Assembly (NCBI GenBank): GCA_031458695.1
Contig: JAVKJW010000037.1
Location: forward strand, 1-20,017
Length of the DNA: 20,017 bases
Reading direction: 5' to 3'
Source: Candidatus Thermofontivivens primus
GTDB taxonomy: Bacteria > Sysuimicrobiota > Sysuimicrobiia > Sysuimicrobiales > Thermofontiviventaceae
In this document: positions 8,311 to 17,121 of the stretch, in pieces
Numbering within the stretch: position 1 is the stretch's first letter
Layout of the letters: every line of letters starts with the position of its first letter
The notes under the pieces: model-generated
What the model was told of the DNA's origin: nothing
Database searches by the model: none
Seen by the model: only the letters and a program-made list of their open reading frames with translations
Position numbers and translations under genes: made by a program

Positions 8311-9347
8311 CGTGATCCTCCGGGAGGAGGAAATGTGGGCCTGGCGTCAGATCCAGCCCCCACCTCTCCAGAAACACCTTCGGCCACCGCCATGCTCCTA
8401 CTTACAGCGGCCGTGAGCGAGGCGCTCAGGGCGCGGGTGGCCCCATAGAGGGCCGTTTCCACAGGGAGTGCTGTCATGACTGCGGAAGCGCCCCCATCAA
8501 CCCATCCCGCAGCGATGTGATCGATCCGCCCGAGGGCTAGGATTCCAAACCCTAACGCGGCAAGGGCAGAAATGGGAAGAGCGATGAGGGCGAACCGCTC
8601 CAGGAGGGGAGCGTTCCGAATCTCTTCCAGTGGGCGCAGGATACCCAGATACACTGCACCAGAGAGAACGAGGTTGGCTAGGAAGATCACGAGGCATGCC
8701 TTTATCACCGTACGAACCCACAACCAAGCAAAGTGATCTGTTCTTGGGTGGGCCAAGCAAGCAAAGGAGAGAGGGGCAAGGAGGGAGGAAACCATAAGGA
8801 TCATCCGCGCCCAGAAACTCATCAGATAGTAGGTTGCAAATAAAAGTGCCATGCCGATCCCTACGATCAACAAGCCTGTGCGTGTCATCGCTCCGATGGT
8901 ATCAGCGACCTTCGCAAGGGTACTCGCTAGGGGGAGATTCCCAAAGGCTCCCGTCGCCGTTTGTCCGCCAATTAAGGCAAGGTTGATCTCCGCTGCACTG
9001 AGGGCGAATGCCCCAAGCAACTCTTGGATCTGCGCCCGATTCACGATATTCCCAAGCACTTGGAAACCCGCGTTGGAGAACCCTGCGAACATTCTTGCCG
9101 CATGTGCAGAGAGCGCCGGGGCACTGCTCACCGCCCACGCTGCAAGGACCATGCGGAGGAGCGCTTCGAATATGCCACGGCCATCTCCCCACACAATGGC
9201 GCGAAGGATCATCAGCAGACTCAAGGCAACGAGTACAGCGCCTGCCGCGTCGTGCACATACCCAGAGATCCCTGTCGCATCGATGTATCCTTTGATGCTC
9301 GCAACCAACCGCTGGGGATCGAAAGGGATTGCCGGGATCAAGATCAC
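8301..9347 (-). CDS. VirB6/TrbL-like polytopic inner-membrane T4SS protein
   Basis: About 6 hydrophobic helices, with the pattern RMILMVSSLLAPLSFACLAHPRT...WLW (VirB6-type 'xxAPLxxA..P.T...F..W'). It follows VirB4 and VirB5-like genes. GTG 9347 has a GGAGG RBS and a GTGA overlap with the upstream stop. Confidence 0.7.
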   Translation of the reverse strand: MILIPAIPFDPQRLVASIKGYIDATGISGYVHDAAGAVLVALSLLMILRAIVWGDGRGIFEALLRMVLAAWAVSSAPALSAHAARMFAGFSNAGFQVLGNIVNRAQIQELLGAFALSAAEINLALIGGQTATGAFGNLPLASTLAKVADTIGAMTRTGLLIVGIGMALLFATYYLMSFWARMILMVSSLLAPLSFACLAHPRTDHFAWLWVRTVIKACLVIFLANLVLSGAVYLGILRPLEEIRNAPLLERFALIALPISALAALGFGILALGRIDHIAAGWVDGGASAVMTALPVETALYGATRALSASLTAAVSRSMAVAEGVSGEVGAGSDARPTFPPPGGSRWR

Positions 9348-10240
9348 TTTCCCTCCCATCGAACAAGGTTCAGAAGATCCTCTTCCTCATCCTTGGTGAC
9401 CTCCAGGAATGGGTTGACCCCCCGGATATAGGTCTGCACGGCAAGGGTTCGCACAAGATCCAGTTGGACAAGCGTGGCTTTGAGGCTCTCTTCTTGCTCC
9501 CTAGCCTGGAGGAGGAGTTGCTGGGAAAGCACGTTCTGGAGGGCAGCGTTCTGTTGAGATAAGCTTGCGAGTTGCTGGCTCACCCCCGCTAACCTGTTGC
9601 CGAGAGTACGGCCAAGCACCGCTTGAAAGCGCAGGCCTTCTGCCTGCCCGGCAACGAGGAGCTGGATGCCAGCCCGCGTGCTTGGAATCGTTGGGGCTTC
9701 TCGCGAGAGCGCGTGTGCTGTATCCTGAGCTTCCCTGGCAGCACGGCGGATTGTGCTCTCCTGCGCTGCGTGCCTTGCCAAAGCGAGGGAGACCCTTGCC
9801 GCGGCCACCGACTGTACGGTTCCTCCCACCGCTGCCATCTCAGACCGGGCGAGGTCTTTCGCCTTCCTCACAACCTTCGGGTTGGCTTGGCCATACACCC
9901 CATAGAGAGCACTGCTCCCCTCCACACTGAGGATCTGGCGCAGCTCCTCAAGCCATCGCTGGACGGCCTCCTCGAGCATCTCTGGAAATCGGCGCAACTG
10001 GCTGCCGATCGTTTCGAGGACGCGTTGAGAGGTGCGGAATCGTCGAAGAGGCTCCAAGATCGCTTCTTGCAACTCGTCCAACTTCTCAGACAGAAGGACC
10101 TCGAGCCTGGAGAGTTCATCGAGAACACCCTGCGCTTGGTTTAAGATCGTACCTCCTTCTGCGTTTGGAGCACCATACGCCGGGAGAGCGACAAGGATCA
10201 GATAGGCAACACTTAACACAGCCCATTCATAGCGCTTCAT
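9344..10240 (-). CDS. Exported alpha-helical protein, VirB5/TrbJ-like candidate
   Basis: Signal peptide ending ALPAYG. Gln/Leu/Ala-rich helical body including STRAGIQLL...QQLASLSQQ. Located between VirB4 and VirB6-like genes with an ATGA overlap. Family assignment is mainly positional. Confidence 0.55.
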   Translation of the reverse strand: MKRYEWAVLSVAYLILVALPAYGAPNAEGGTILNQAQGVLDELSRLEVLLSEKLDELQEAILEPLRRFRTSQRVLETIGSQLRRFPEMLEEAVQRWLEELRQILSVEGSSALYGVYGQANPKVVRKAKDLARSEMAAVGGTVQSVAAARVSLALARHAAQESTIRRAAREAQDTAHALSREAPTIPSTRAGIQLLVAGQAEGLRFQAVLGRTLGNRLAGVSQQLASLSQQNAALQNVLSQQLLLQAREQEESLKATLVQLDLVRTLAVQTYIRGVNPFLEVTKDEEEDLLNLVRWEGK

Positions 10241-12762
10241 CGCGTCCCTCCCTTCTTGTACAAAGACTCCCCTCCCGCGGCCATCCCCCGAGGCTCAGCG
10301 CAAGCGAGGTGTTGGAGAGCATCCCAGAGATTGCCAATCGCCCGGATAGCCTCCTCCCGCTTGAGCCGGTCATCCTCGCTACTTGTGGCAATCCAATCAT
10401 CGAGGCTGGAGCCCCGGATGACCAACACACCCCCCTCGCGCCCATGGGTGAAGTCCACCAAGCAGAGCACCTCGCTATAACGCCCTTTCACCTGGGTCAG
10501 GGAGGAGAGCAATCCCTTTTGCCGGTCGTTGAGATCAACCATCTCAGCGACGCGGCCGATGTCTTTCACCCGCAGGAGGTACTTAAACTGCGCGTTGGCC
10601 AATACCCCTCGCGCATATTCGTTGTGGAAATCCTCCAACTTCTGGCTAATGGCGAGCACACCTGCACCGTAGCGCCGGAAGCGCCGGAACATATCATCCA
10701 GGAAGTGACCTGCGATAGGGTTCGCGAGGAGGACCCATGCCTCATCGATGACGACCAGCTTCCGTCGACCTGTTCCTTGGCGGATGCGTCGCCAGACCAT
10801 GTCGGTAAGGAGCAAGATCACAATGGGGAGGAGGTCGGGGGACCGGTCCAGCCCTTCCGTGTCAAAGTACACAAGGTTGCGGTCGAGATAGACATTCGTG
10901 GGACGATCCAGCAGCTTTGCATAGGTAGCATCTCCGGTCCATTGCTGAAGCCGTGTGGCCAGCGCATTTGCCAAGGACCTCTCCTGGGGATCCATCGAGA
11001 ACGTGCCGATTTCTTCCATGGTACGCAGCCGCTGGACGAAATCGTGCAGGAACACTGCTTCTCCCCTGGCGCGGAGGTATGTTTGACGGGCAGCCGACTC
11101 AATCAGAGCCTTCTCCACCCTGCTCAGATCTTTCTCGCCTTCCTTGACCATGAGCCCGATCAAGGCTACGAGGAAGCTAATTTTTTCATCATCGGGCTCT
11201 TCCTCGCCTGCGGGAAGGTCAAAAGGGTTGATCGAGATATTGCTGGCAGGATCTACAGGGATGTGCTGTCCCTCTAAAAGGGTGACAAGGGTCCTATAGC
11301 TCCCTCCTCGGTCCACAATAATGACCTCTGTATCACGCGCAAGGAGCTGAAGAAGGAGCTGGTGTGTGAGATACGTCTTCCCCGACCCCGTCTCTCCTAC
11401 TACGACCCCGTTCCAGGCAGGCGCCCTGTGGTCAAAGGGATCGAGAGGTGTGAGCCCGTTGAAACGGTTCCAAAAAAGACAGGTAGGCTCCGGCGATCCT
11501 CTCCAGGGGCCCATTGAAGGGAAGAGATCCGCTGCGTTTTCTGTAAGCACCCGGCACAGACGCTCATTGGGTAACCCAGAGAAAGGGGCAAGCGAGATAA
11601 ACTGGCTGAGCAGGCCAACAGACTCGTCCATCGCCTCCACCTCTGCTTGATGAAACGCATCCACCGTATGGTGTGCTGCTTCCCGTACGGCCTCAAGAGA
11701 TGATGCATGAAGGACGACTGCTACTCCGGTACGGAAGATCCGAGTATCTGAGGAATGGAGCCTGCGCAGGACTTCCTCAAGCTCATGGGAGATCACCGCG
11801 CTTTTGGGATCCTCCCGGTCACTAGCTGGGTTGCTGAACCTAGCTGCATAGGCCATCCGACTCTTGATTTCGAGCCGTTTGATGGCCTCGGCCCTTGGGT
11901 CATTCCAGTATTCGACCATCAACCAGAGGTCATAGGGGAGCAGGAGGAGTTCACGCAGCATGTTCTCGCGTGTCACCTCTCCGGAAAGACGATCCATTGC
12001 GACGATCTTGATGAATTGATCGTCGACCCAAAGGTAGTTGTACCGCCGGTAGAGGTCACTCCGCGCAACTCGCGTGCGGACAGAAGGGCGTGCCAGGAAG
12101 GAGAACTGTTTGAGAACCAACGGAGGGATTTCTACGCGTTGGTTCTCGCGGGGAACCTCTGGAGGAGTCAGATAACGCTTTCGGCTCGGGTTCAGATACC
12201 GCCAAATCAATTCGATGTACTCGTGGTCATGCAAGGAGCGGGCGGAGATGCCTGCTCTTTCGCAGTTGGCCATAAAAACGTCTCGCATCACGGCAAGGGT
12301 TCTCAGGTGGGTCTGGTAGGTGGGGCGATCGATGGGCTGCCATTTCCGAGTTGATCTTCTAGGATGGTAGGACAATGTAAAGGTCAAGCGATAGTTTGCT
12401 AGCCGCCCTGCTGCATGTTGTTCAGAAAGTTCCCGGATACGCCAGCGATGGATGGCCTGGATGGTGGGATGGATGGCCCGAAGCCCCCGATTATAAGCCT
12501 GGAGTAGCCCTCCATAATCGGGATGGATCTCAAGCAATACACGGAGGCATTCTCCTTCGGGGATAGAGTGGTTCAAAAGACGCTGGATCCGTGCATTGAA
12601 CTCCACCACTTGCCCACTCCCCCATATCTCCCCCGCAGGCAACGATGCAGCAAACCCAAGCTGGTAGGACCCATCGGAAAGGACAAGGACCCCATCCTGG
12701 ACGGTCCAGTAAGGCAGCAAGCCGGTCAACGATCGCTGGTCTTCTGAAGTGATCCTAAACAT
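10237..12762 (-). CDS. virB4: VirB4/TraC-family type IV secretion ATPase
   Basis: 841 aa with Walker A VVGETGSGKT, IIVDRGGSY, INPFD, Walker B VVIDEAW and RRFRRYGAGVLAISQ. Preceded by pilin and VirB3-like genes. Confidence 0.92.
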   Translation of the reverse strand: MFRITSEDQRSLTGLLPYWTVQDGVLVLSDGSYQLGFAASLPAGEIWGSGQVVEFNARIQRLLNHSIPEGECLRVLLEIHPDYGGLLQAYNRGLRAIHPTIQAIHRWRIRELSEQHAAGRLANYRLTFTLSYHPRRSTRKWQPIDRPTYQTHLRTLAVMRDVFMANCERAGISARSLHDHEYIELIWRYLNPSRKRYLTPPEVPRENQRVEIPPLVLKQFSFLARPSVRTRVARSDLYRRYNYLWVDDQFIKIVAMDRLSGEVTRENMLRELLLLPYDLWLMVEYWNDPRAEAIKRLEIKSRMAYAARFSNPASDREDPKSAVISHELEEVLRRLHSSDTRIFRTGVAVVLHASSLEAVREAAHHTVDAFHQAEVEAMDESVGLLSQFISLAPFSGLPNERLCRVLTENAADLFPSMGPWRGSPEPTCLFWNRFNGLTPLDPFDHRAPAWNGVVVGETGSGKTYLTHQLLLQLLARDTEVIIVDRGGSYRTLVTLLEGQHIPVDPASNISINPFDLPAGEEEPDDEKISFLVALIGLMVKEGEKDLSRVEKALIESAARQTYLRARGEAVFLHDFVQRLRTMEEIGTFSMDPQERSLANALATRLQQWTGDATYAKLLDRPTNVYLDRNLVYFDTEGLDRSPDLLPIVILLLTDMVWRRIRQGTGRRKLVVIDEAWVLLANPIAGHFLDDMFRRFRRYGAGVLAISQKLEDFHNEYARGVLANAQFKYLLRVKDIGRVAEMVDLNDRQKGLLSSLTQVKGRYSEVLCLVDFTHGREGGVLVIRGSSLDDWIATSSEDDRLKREEAIRAIGNLWDALQHLACAEPRGMAAGGESLYKKGGTR

Positions 12763-12772
12763 ATCCCTTTGC

Positions 12773-13090
12773 CTAGATGATGTACGGTACCGCCTCGATA
12801 TCAGGAGTGACGATGTAGGCGTCCCCCTCTGTGAGATACATTGCCAAGTGCTGGAAGAATCGGCGAGGAAGCCGTTCTTTGAGCCTTCTCCACCCCCAGA
12901 ACAAGAGGGCGGTTGCTCCTAAGCTGAGGATCAACTGGAGCCTGACCCACCCTAACCAGAGGCTGACTGCCCTTGCCACATGCGTCAGCACCATGAATCC
13001 TGCCGTAACCACGAAAAGGTCGTCTACATCGAAGCCCAGGATCGCGAGGGATCCATCAATCTGTCGGTACAGGCGATGGGAGAAGGACAT
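12773..13090 (-). CDS. VirB3/TraL-like small membrane protein
   Basis: 105 aa from ATG 13090 (MSFSHRLYRQID...ILGFDVDDL) with two TM segments and a basic C-terminus (KERLPRRFFQHL). Located between pilin and virB4. Confidence 0.65.
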   Translation of the reverse strand: MSFSHRLYRQIDGSLAILGFDVDDLFVVTAGFMVLTHVARAVSLWLGWVRLQLILSLGATALLFWGWRRLKERLPRRFFQHLAMYLTEGDAYIVTPDIEAVPYII

Positions 13091-13092
13091 GG

Positions 13093-13392
13093 TCACTTCC
13101 CCACGACAAACTCGATAATAGTGGGCGCGCCAAACAAAATGGCCATCCCGACAAGAATCCAGAAGACCCACCGGAAGGATTTGGCCCCTCCTAAGACCAC
13201 ACTGATGGCAGCCCCAGCGAGGGTCGCAATCCCAATGGCAATCCCAAGAGGCCCCACCAGGCTTTCGGTGATTTGCTGGGCCAGCCTTGTGAGGGGGCTA
13301 AGCAGGTCACCGTTCCCTTCCGCGGGTTGACCTAGGGCAGGTGCGGCGAGAAATCCGATGAGTATGCAAACTATTTGGGAAACCCACTTCAT
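13093..13392 (-). CDS. VirB2/TrbC-family pilin
   Basis: Signal peptide ending AAPALG, then an amphipathic helix, GPLG-hydrophobic helix, short basic loop and a second hydrophobic helix ending ILFGAPTII. This is typical VirB2 layout. Confidence 0.85.
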   Translation of the reverse strand: MKWVSQIVCILIGFLAAPALGQPAEGNGDLLSPLTRLAQQITESLVGPLGIAIGIATLAGAAISVVLGGAKSFRWVFWILVGMAILFGAPTIIEFVVGK

Positions 13393-14684
13393 GGACGACT
13401 CCCCCCTTGGAGAACGAGAATAGTCACCGGAGTTCCAGCTGGGACCTCGGTGACACGAACCGAGCGTCTGCTTTCCTCGAGATCGTTAAGGACTTCTGCA
13501 AGGCGAGCTGCCACCAGGGACCAAAAAGGAGGAGGCTCATCTGCACGAATAGAAGCCCATCCGTTGACCATCGTCACGCGCTTCGCCCTGAGGAGGGCTT
13601 GAGTGTAATCTCCTACTGCCTTCATGCTCGCCCCGACGATGCGGGAAACTGCGGCTGCCGAGTGAGTGGAGGACCGTCCAGAAATCCCCGGGTGTTGACC
13701 TCGGGGGTCCAGAGCGATGGCGAAGCCACTGTACTCTCGCCCCTCCTGCACGGCTGAGGAAAAGGCGATTTGTACAAGACCTGCACGGTCCACCGTTGCT
13801 TCTCCGATCCACTGGACGTGGGGTTCTGTGGTTTCCGCGACAACGGGATGAGCGATCCCTGGCGTGAGAGCCACTCCTGTAGCAAGTTGGGCGTCCAAGC
13901 GATGGCCAACTATAAATGGGGATACAGGACGGGATTCCTTTTCGCTTTCCGCTTCTTCATGGACAGATAAGTCGGCGGGCGCCTGCTCATGGCTGGAGGC
14001 CTGCGTGTCCCCAGCTCCAGAGGAAATCTTGGGGGCTTCGAATATCAGGAGGGAAGTAGCTTCCCTCGGTATCTTCGCTTCAAAGATCACCACCTGATGA
14101 GAGAACCGCTGAGGTAACCTTTGCCTGGAGGAACTATGAGCAGGCCCAAGATCTTCTGGAAGTATGCTGGGAGGTTGTGCATCTCCTTGGGGGTATGATG
14201 GAAGAGGAAGACCGGGGAGGAGGGAAGGGACGGTCGATTTTGGTGGAGCTTCGGGAATTTCAGGCTTCCCAACCGGGCTCTCCCGGTATGCCGGAGGTGC
14301 ATTCCTCCGGACAGGGCCCTGGTGACGACGGCCCATAGCGGCTATACCCATCAACGTGATAAAAATCCCAATCAGCCCCACGACTCCAGCGGCAAGGATC
14401 CTAGAGCGACGTGGCAACAGTTCACCTGTCTGGCTTTGCTTCCCGAACCACCCCCAAAGTAGCGCCCACAGTTGATTCCGCCGTTCTCGTCGCCGGTGCT
14501 GGACATCCACCGTCAATGGGACGGAGGAACCGGAGATCGCTTCGATAGTCTCCCGATACAGCTCAGGGTACTCCACCTGAAGGCGGGTAAGAACCGACGC
14601 CAAAGCTGCGGGGTCACTGGGCCACCTTTCCCCTAACGTCTGCTCGATACGTTCCCTAAGATTAGGGTCGATGCTCCACATCAC
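13389..14684 (-). CDS. VirB10/TrbI-like (TraB/TraM-like) core-complex protein
   Basis: Cytoplasmic N-domain, single TM (ILAAGVVGLIGIFITLMGIAAM), long Pro-rich linker and C-terminal beta-rich domain ending VTEVPAGTPVTILV. Directly upstream of the pilin (ATGA overlap). Confidence 0.65.
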   Translation of the reverse strand: MMWSIDPNLRERIEQTLGERWPSDPAALASVLTRLQVEYPELYRETIEAISGSSVPLTVDVQHRRRERRNQLWALLWGWFGKQSQTGELLPRRSRILAAGVVGLIGIFITLMGIAAMGRRHQGPVRRNAPPAYRESPVGKPEIPEAPPKSTVPSLLPGLPLPSYPQGDAQPPSILPEDLGPAHSSSRQRLPQRFSHQVVIFEAKIPREATSLLIFEAPKISSGAGDTQASSHEQAPADLSVHEEAESEKESRPVSPFIVGHRLDAQLATGVALTPGIAHPVVAETTEPHVQWIGEATVDRAGLVQIAFSSAVQEGREYSGFAIALDPRGQHPGISGRSSTHSAAAVSRIVGASMKAVGDYTQALLRAKRVTMVNGWASIRADEPPPFWSLVAARLAEVLNDLEESRRSVRVTEVPAGTPVTILVLQGGSRP

Positions 14685-14686
14685 GA

Positions 14687-14719
14687 AATCATAATATCAA
14701 AAATTATTATGATTGTCAA
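14687..14719 (-). promoter_or_regulatory. Internal sigma70 promoter overlapped by a perfect 10-bp inverted repeat (putative operator)
   Basis: TTGACA (14719-14714)-17 nt-TATTAT (14696-14691) with TG extended -10. Inverted repeat AATCATAATA (14687-14696)-N8-TATTATGATT (14705-14714). Very AT-rich patch in otherwise GC-rich DNA. Confidence 0.75.
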
Positions 14720-15749
14720 TACCAGAAATCTTATTTTCTCGTGAGGGGGTACTCCGGAGCTCACGAAGGATAGGCTGGGGGACCAAGCCACGGAGAAGGC
14801 GATCGCAGGACTCAGCCACCCGATCGTGGATCGCGAGAAGACCTTTTTCTAAAACCTCTACAACCACTTCAAAGGTAGGTGGGCCGATCCGTTCCCAGGT
14901 CACCCGGCGCGTCAAGCCGCGCGCCAAGACCTCCTCTTGCGTGAGCAAGACCACCTGCGTGCCACCCACAAGGTCGCTAAGGTCCGGGTTATACAGGAGA
15001 TCATGGAGACGCCGTCCGTGGGCTGTGGCAATGAGCTGAACTCCCCTCTGGGCAATGGTCCTCGCAATCCGTGCGTCCTCCTCATAGCCCAGCTCATCCA
15101 CGACGATGACCTCAGGATTATGATTTGTTAGGGCTTGCAGAAGAACGTGTGCCTGAGCACGGAAGTTGGGACGGGAAGGATCCGCAGCGGGAATCTGTAG
15201 CCGCCTAGCCCTTCCGATAGCTGGGTGGGGGATCTGTCCGTCTCCCCCAATCTCATTGGAGGTGTCTACGACAACCACCTTACGCTGGAGGTCGTCTGCC
15301 AGAATGCGTGCGGAGTCCCGGAGGAGTGTGGTCTTCCCTACGCCCGGTGGTCCAAGGAAAAGCAGACTTTTCCCTGTCTCTAAGAGATCACGGAGTGGTT
15401 CCGCTGCTCCAATCAAGGCACGCCCCACCCGAAAGGTGTATCCTACGATCGAGCCATATCGATCGCGAATACAGGCGATCCGGTGCAGGGTACGCTCAAC
15501 TCCTGTCCGGTTATCTTCGCGAAATCGATCGAGGCGGCTTGCTACGTACTGGATCTCTTCCTTGGTAACTTCCCCGCACAGGACAATCCTCTCCTGTTCA
15601 TAGCGCACTTCGGGAGACCTTCCCAGATCCATGATGATCTCTCGGATCCCCCAGGTTCCAAGGGTCACAAGCTCTTCCCGCATCCGATGAGGAAGAAAGG
15701 GAAGGAGCTGTGCCACCTCCGGATCTTCTGAATAGGGGGGAGCGCTCAC
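14697..15749 (-). CDS. Ycf45/SpoIIIAA-family AAA ATPase (no C-terminal R3H domain evident)
   Basis: EIIMDLGRSPEVRY, DNRTGVERTLHRIACIRDRYG..VGYTFRVGRA, Walker A GPPGVGKTTLLRD, VVDTSNEIGGDG..PHPAIG.ARR, Walker B IVVDELG and IATAHG. GTGA overlap with the upstream gene. Confidence 0.88.
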   Translation of the reverse strand: MSAPPYSEDPEVAQLLPFLPHRMREELVTLGTWGIREIIMDLGRSPEVRYEQERIVLCGEVTKEEIQYVASRLDRFREDNRTGVERTLHRIACIRDRYGSIVGYTFRVGRALIGAAEPLRDLLETGKSLLFLGPPGVGKTTLLRDSARILADDLQRKVVVVDTSNEIGGDGQIPHPAIGRARRLQIPAADPSRPNFRAQAHVLLQALTNHNPEVIVVDELGYEEDARIARTIAQRGVQLIATAHGRRLHDLLYNPDLSDLVGGTQVVLLTQEEVLARGLTRRVTWERIGPPTFEVVVEVLEKGLLAIHDRVAESCDRLLRGLVPQPILRELRSTPSRENKISGIDNHNNF

Positions 15750-16576
15750 GGGGCAGGGTTGGTGGGTAACTTGGATATTCCAGAGAACGTGGCTTCAAGG
15801 ACAATGGGAGTACCCGAAGGGGGGAACAACGGGATGATGACTTGGATTGCATCGGTGATCGTTCCAATGGTTAATACGCCGACCTCCGTCTCACGAGGAG
15901 GGATCGTAGTTTGAGATGTACTCCCTTGCATACCCCGAACCAAAGCAAAAGGGGTGATGGTACCGCTTGCTCGAACCAGGATCCTTCCGGACTCCATACG
16001 AAGCGGCCTATCAGAAGCGTTTCGAATCCTGTAGCGGATGAGGACTCCCCACCGGAGCCGGGCGGCTTGGAAAACCGCCTCCACTCCCTCCTTGTGAATA
16101 TTTGTCTGGAGAAACTGAGGGACTGAAGGACGCCTTATCACCTGTCCCTCCGGCGTAGGGGCTTTGGAACCTCCTGCATTCCCGCGTGAAGGCACCTCCG
16201 GGCTGGGAGACAAGGAAGGGACCTGTGTGATCACTTGGACGAGATCCGCGGTCCGGCCATCCCTGATGATGAGCAACTCCCAGAGCGTGATCACGGTCCC
16301 CACCCAAACCATCATGTTGGTCCTCCCAGAGGGCTGGAGGGGTTTGATCGTCAGATCACCCTGTTCAGCACTGACGTGGGCTGCAACTAGGCGTTCCTCT
16401 CCAATAGCAACCCGGGTAATTGGACCATCAAACTGGAAAACCGTGGCAAACCCGGGGGAAAGCCTCACCAAGGTCCGCGACGGAGGTACGGCGAGGATTG
16501 TGACAACTGAAGGAGTGGGAGAGATGGGCGACGCAACTGCGGTGGAACAAAGGAGCAAGGCAAGGAGGACCCCCAG
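15746..16576 (-). CDS. Exported beta-rich protein, VirB9/TraK/TraN-like candidate (start approximate)
   Basis: Signal-like GVLLALLLCSTAVAS, then N-domain VRLSPGFATVFQFDGPITRVAIG...LTIKP...GRTNMMVW (TraK/VirB9/pilus-assembly N-terminal type), Pro linker and an Ig-like C-domain (IRYRIRNAS...TIPPRETEVGVL). The true start is likely CTG 16576 or TTG 16558, not 17092. Confidence 0.6.
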   Translation of the reverse strand: MGVLLALLLCSTAVASPISPTPSVVTILAVPPSRTLVRLSPGFATVFQFDGPITRVAIGEERLVAAHVSAEQGDLTIKPLQPSGRTNMMVWVGTVITLWELLIIRDGRTADLVQVITQVPSLSPSPEVPSRGNAGGSKAPTPEGQVIRRPSVPQFLQTNIHKEGVEAVFQAARLRWGVLIRYRIRNASDRPLRMESGRILVRASGTITPFALVRGMQGSTSQTTIPPRETEVGVLTIGTITDAIQVIIPLFPPSGTPIVLEATFSGISKLPTNPAP

Positions 16577-16587
16577 GCCCCCTTTCG

Positions 16588-16989
16588 CTAGTTGGCGCCC
16601 TCTCGCTCTTTCGGCAGGGCTTCTGGGAGGATCTTCTCGAGAGGCTCCCCGAGCTTTTCTGCGATCCTGCGCGTAACCCACTCGCTCGCCGTGAGCCCCT
16701 CCATGATCAGCTTTGCCCTGAACTTCCTTGCCAAATCCTCGGGAAGAGGTACACCGACTTGAACAGCATCTTTGGTGAACCCTCGCAACCGGATCCCGGT
16801 GGGGTAAGTCCGTGGCGGAGCATTGAGATACTCGGTAATCCACTCCTGAAGCTGTTGACGCATGGGTTTGCCTTCCTCCAGAAGCAAGACCCGGAGCTTT
16901 CGCCGCAGGATCTCTGGAGCATACATCCCAACATAGGAAGTGCGCCCGGCCTCCGCGCCTACATGTTCTTTGCGCCTTCTCGGCGTCAT
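16588..16989 (-). CDS. Tandem ribbon-helix-helix (ParG/CopG-like) DNA-binding protein, first gene of the operon
   Basis: Two internal repeats, VGMYAPEILRRKLRVLLLEEGKPMRQQLQEWITEYL and VGVPLPEDLARKFRAKLIMEGLTASEWVTRRIAEKL, each a strand-helix-G-helix. GGAGGGAGG RBS before ATG 16989. Confidence 0.7.
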   Translation of the reverse strand: MTPRRRKEHVGAEAGRTSYVGMYAPEILRRKLRVLLLEEGKPMRQQLQEWITEYLNAPPRTYPTGIRLRGFTKDAVQVGVPLPEDLARKFRAKLIMEGLTASEWVTRRIAEKLGEPLEKILPEALPKEREGAN

Positions 16990-17062
16990 GGGATGAACCC
17001 TCCCTCCCGGACTTTCCTCCATTGAGGCAATGGCACAGCGTTCTCGTATTCTGGTCGCAGTA

Positions 17063-17092
17063 ATTATACACGATCACACACTCCTTTGACAA
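17063..17092 (-). promoter_or_regulatory. Putative sigma70 promoter of the RHH/T4SS operon
   Basis: TTGTCA (17092-17087)-18 nt-TATAAT (17068-17063). ATCACA direct repeats at 17073 and 17095 flank the -35. Confidence 0.6.
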
Positions 17093-17121
17093 GTATCACA
17101 TGAAGATGAAATCAAAAATAA

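Noticed and set aside
10165..11277. 370-aa plus-strand ORF, and similar long antisense ORFs such as 3274..4143 and 2082..2672
   Set aside because: These are antisense shadows of well-supported genes in GC-rich DNA and have no recognisable motifs.
14687..14714. oriT interpretation of the inverted repeat
   Set aside because: No relaxase is nearby, and the repeat coincides precisely with promoter elements, which favours an operator.
16577..17092. N-terminal extension of the 448-aa ORF 15746..17092
   Set aside because: It overlaps the RHH gene in another frame and the promoter, and reads as non-protein-like sequence. The signal-peptide-like segment only begins after the RHH stop at 16588.
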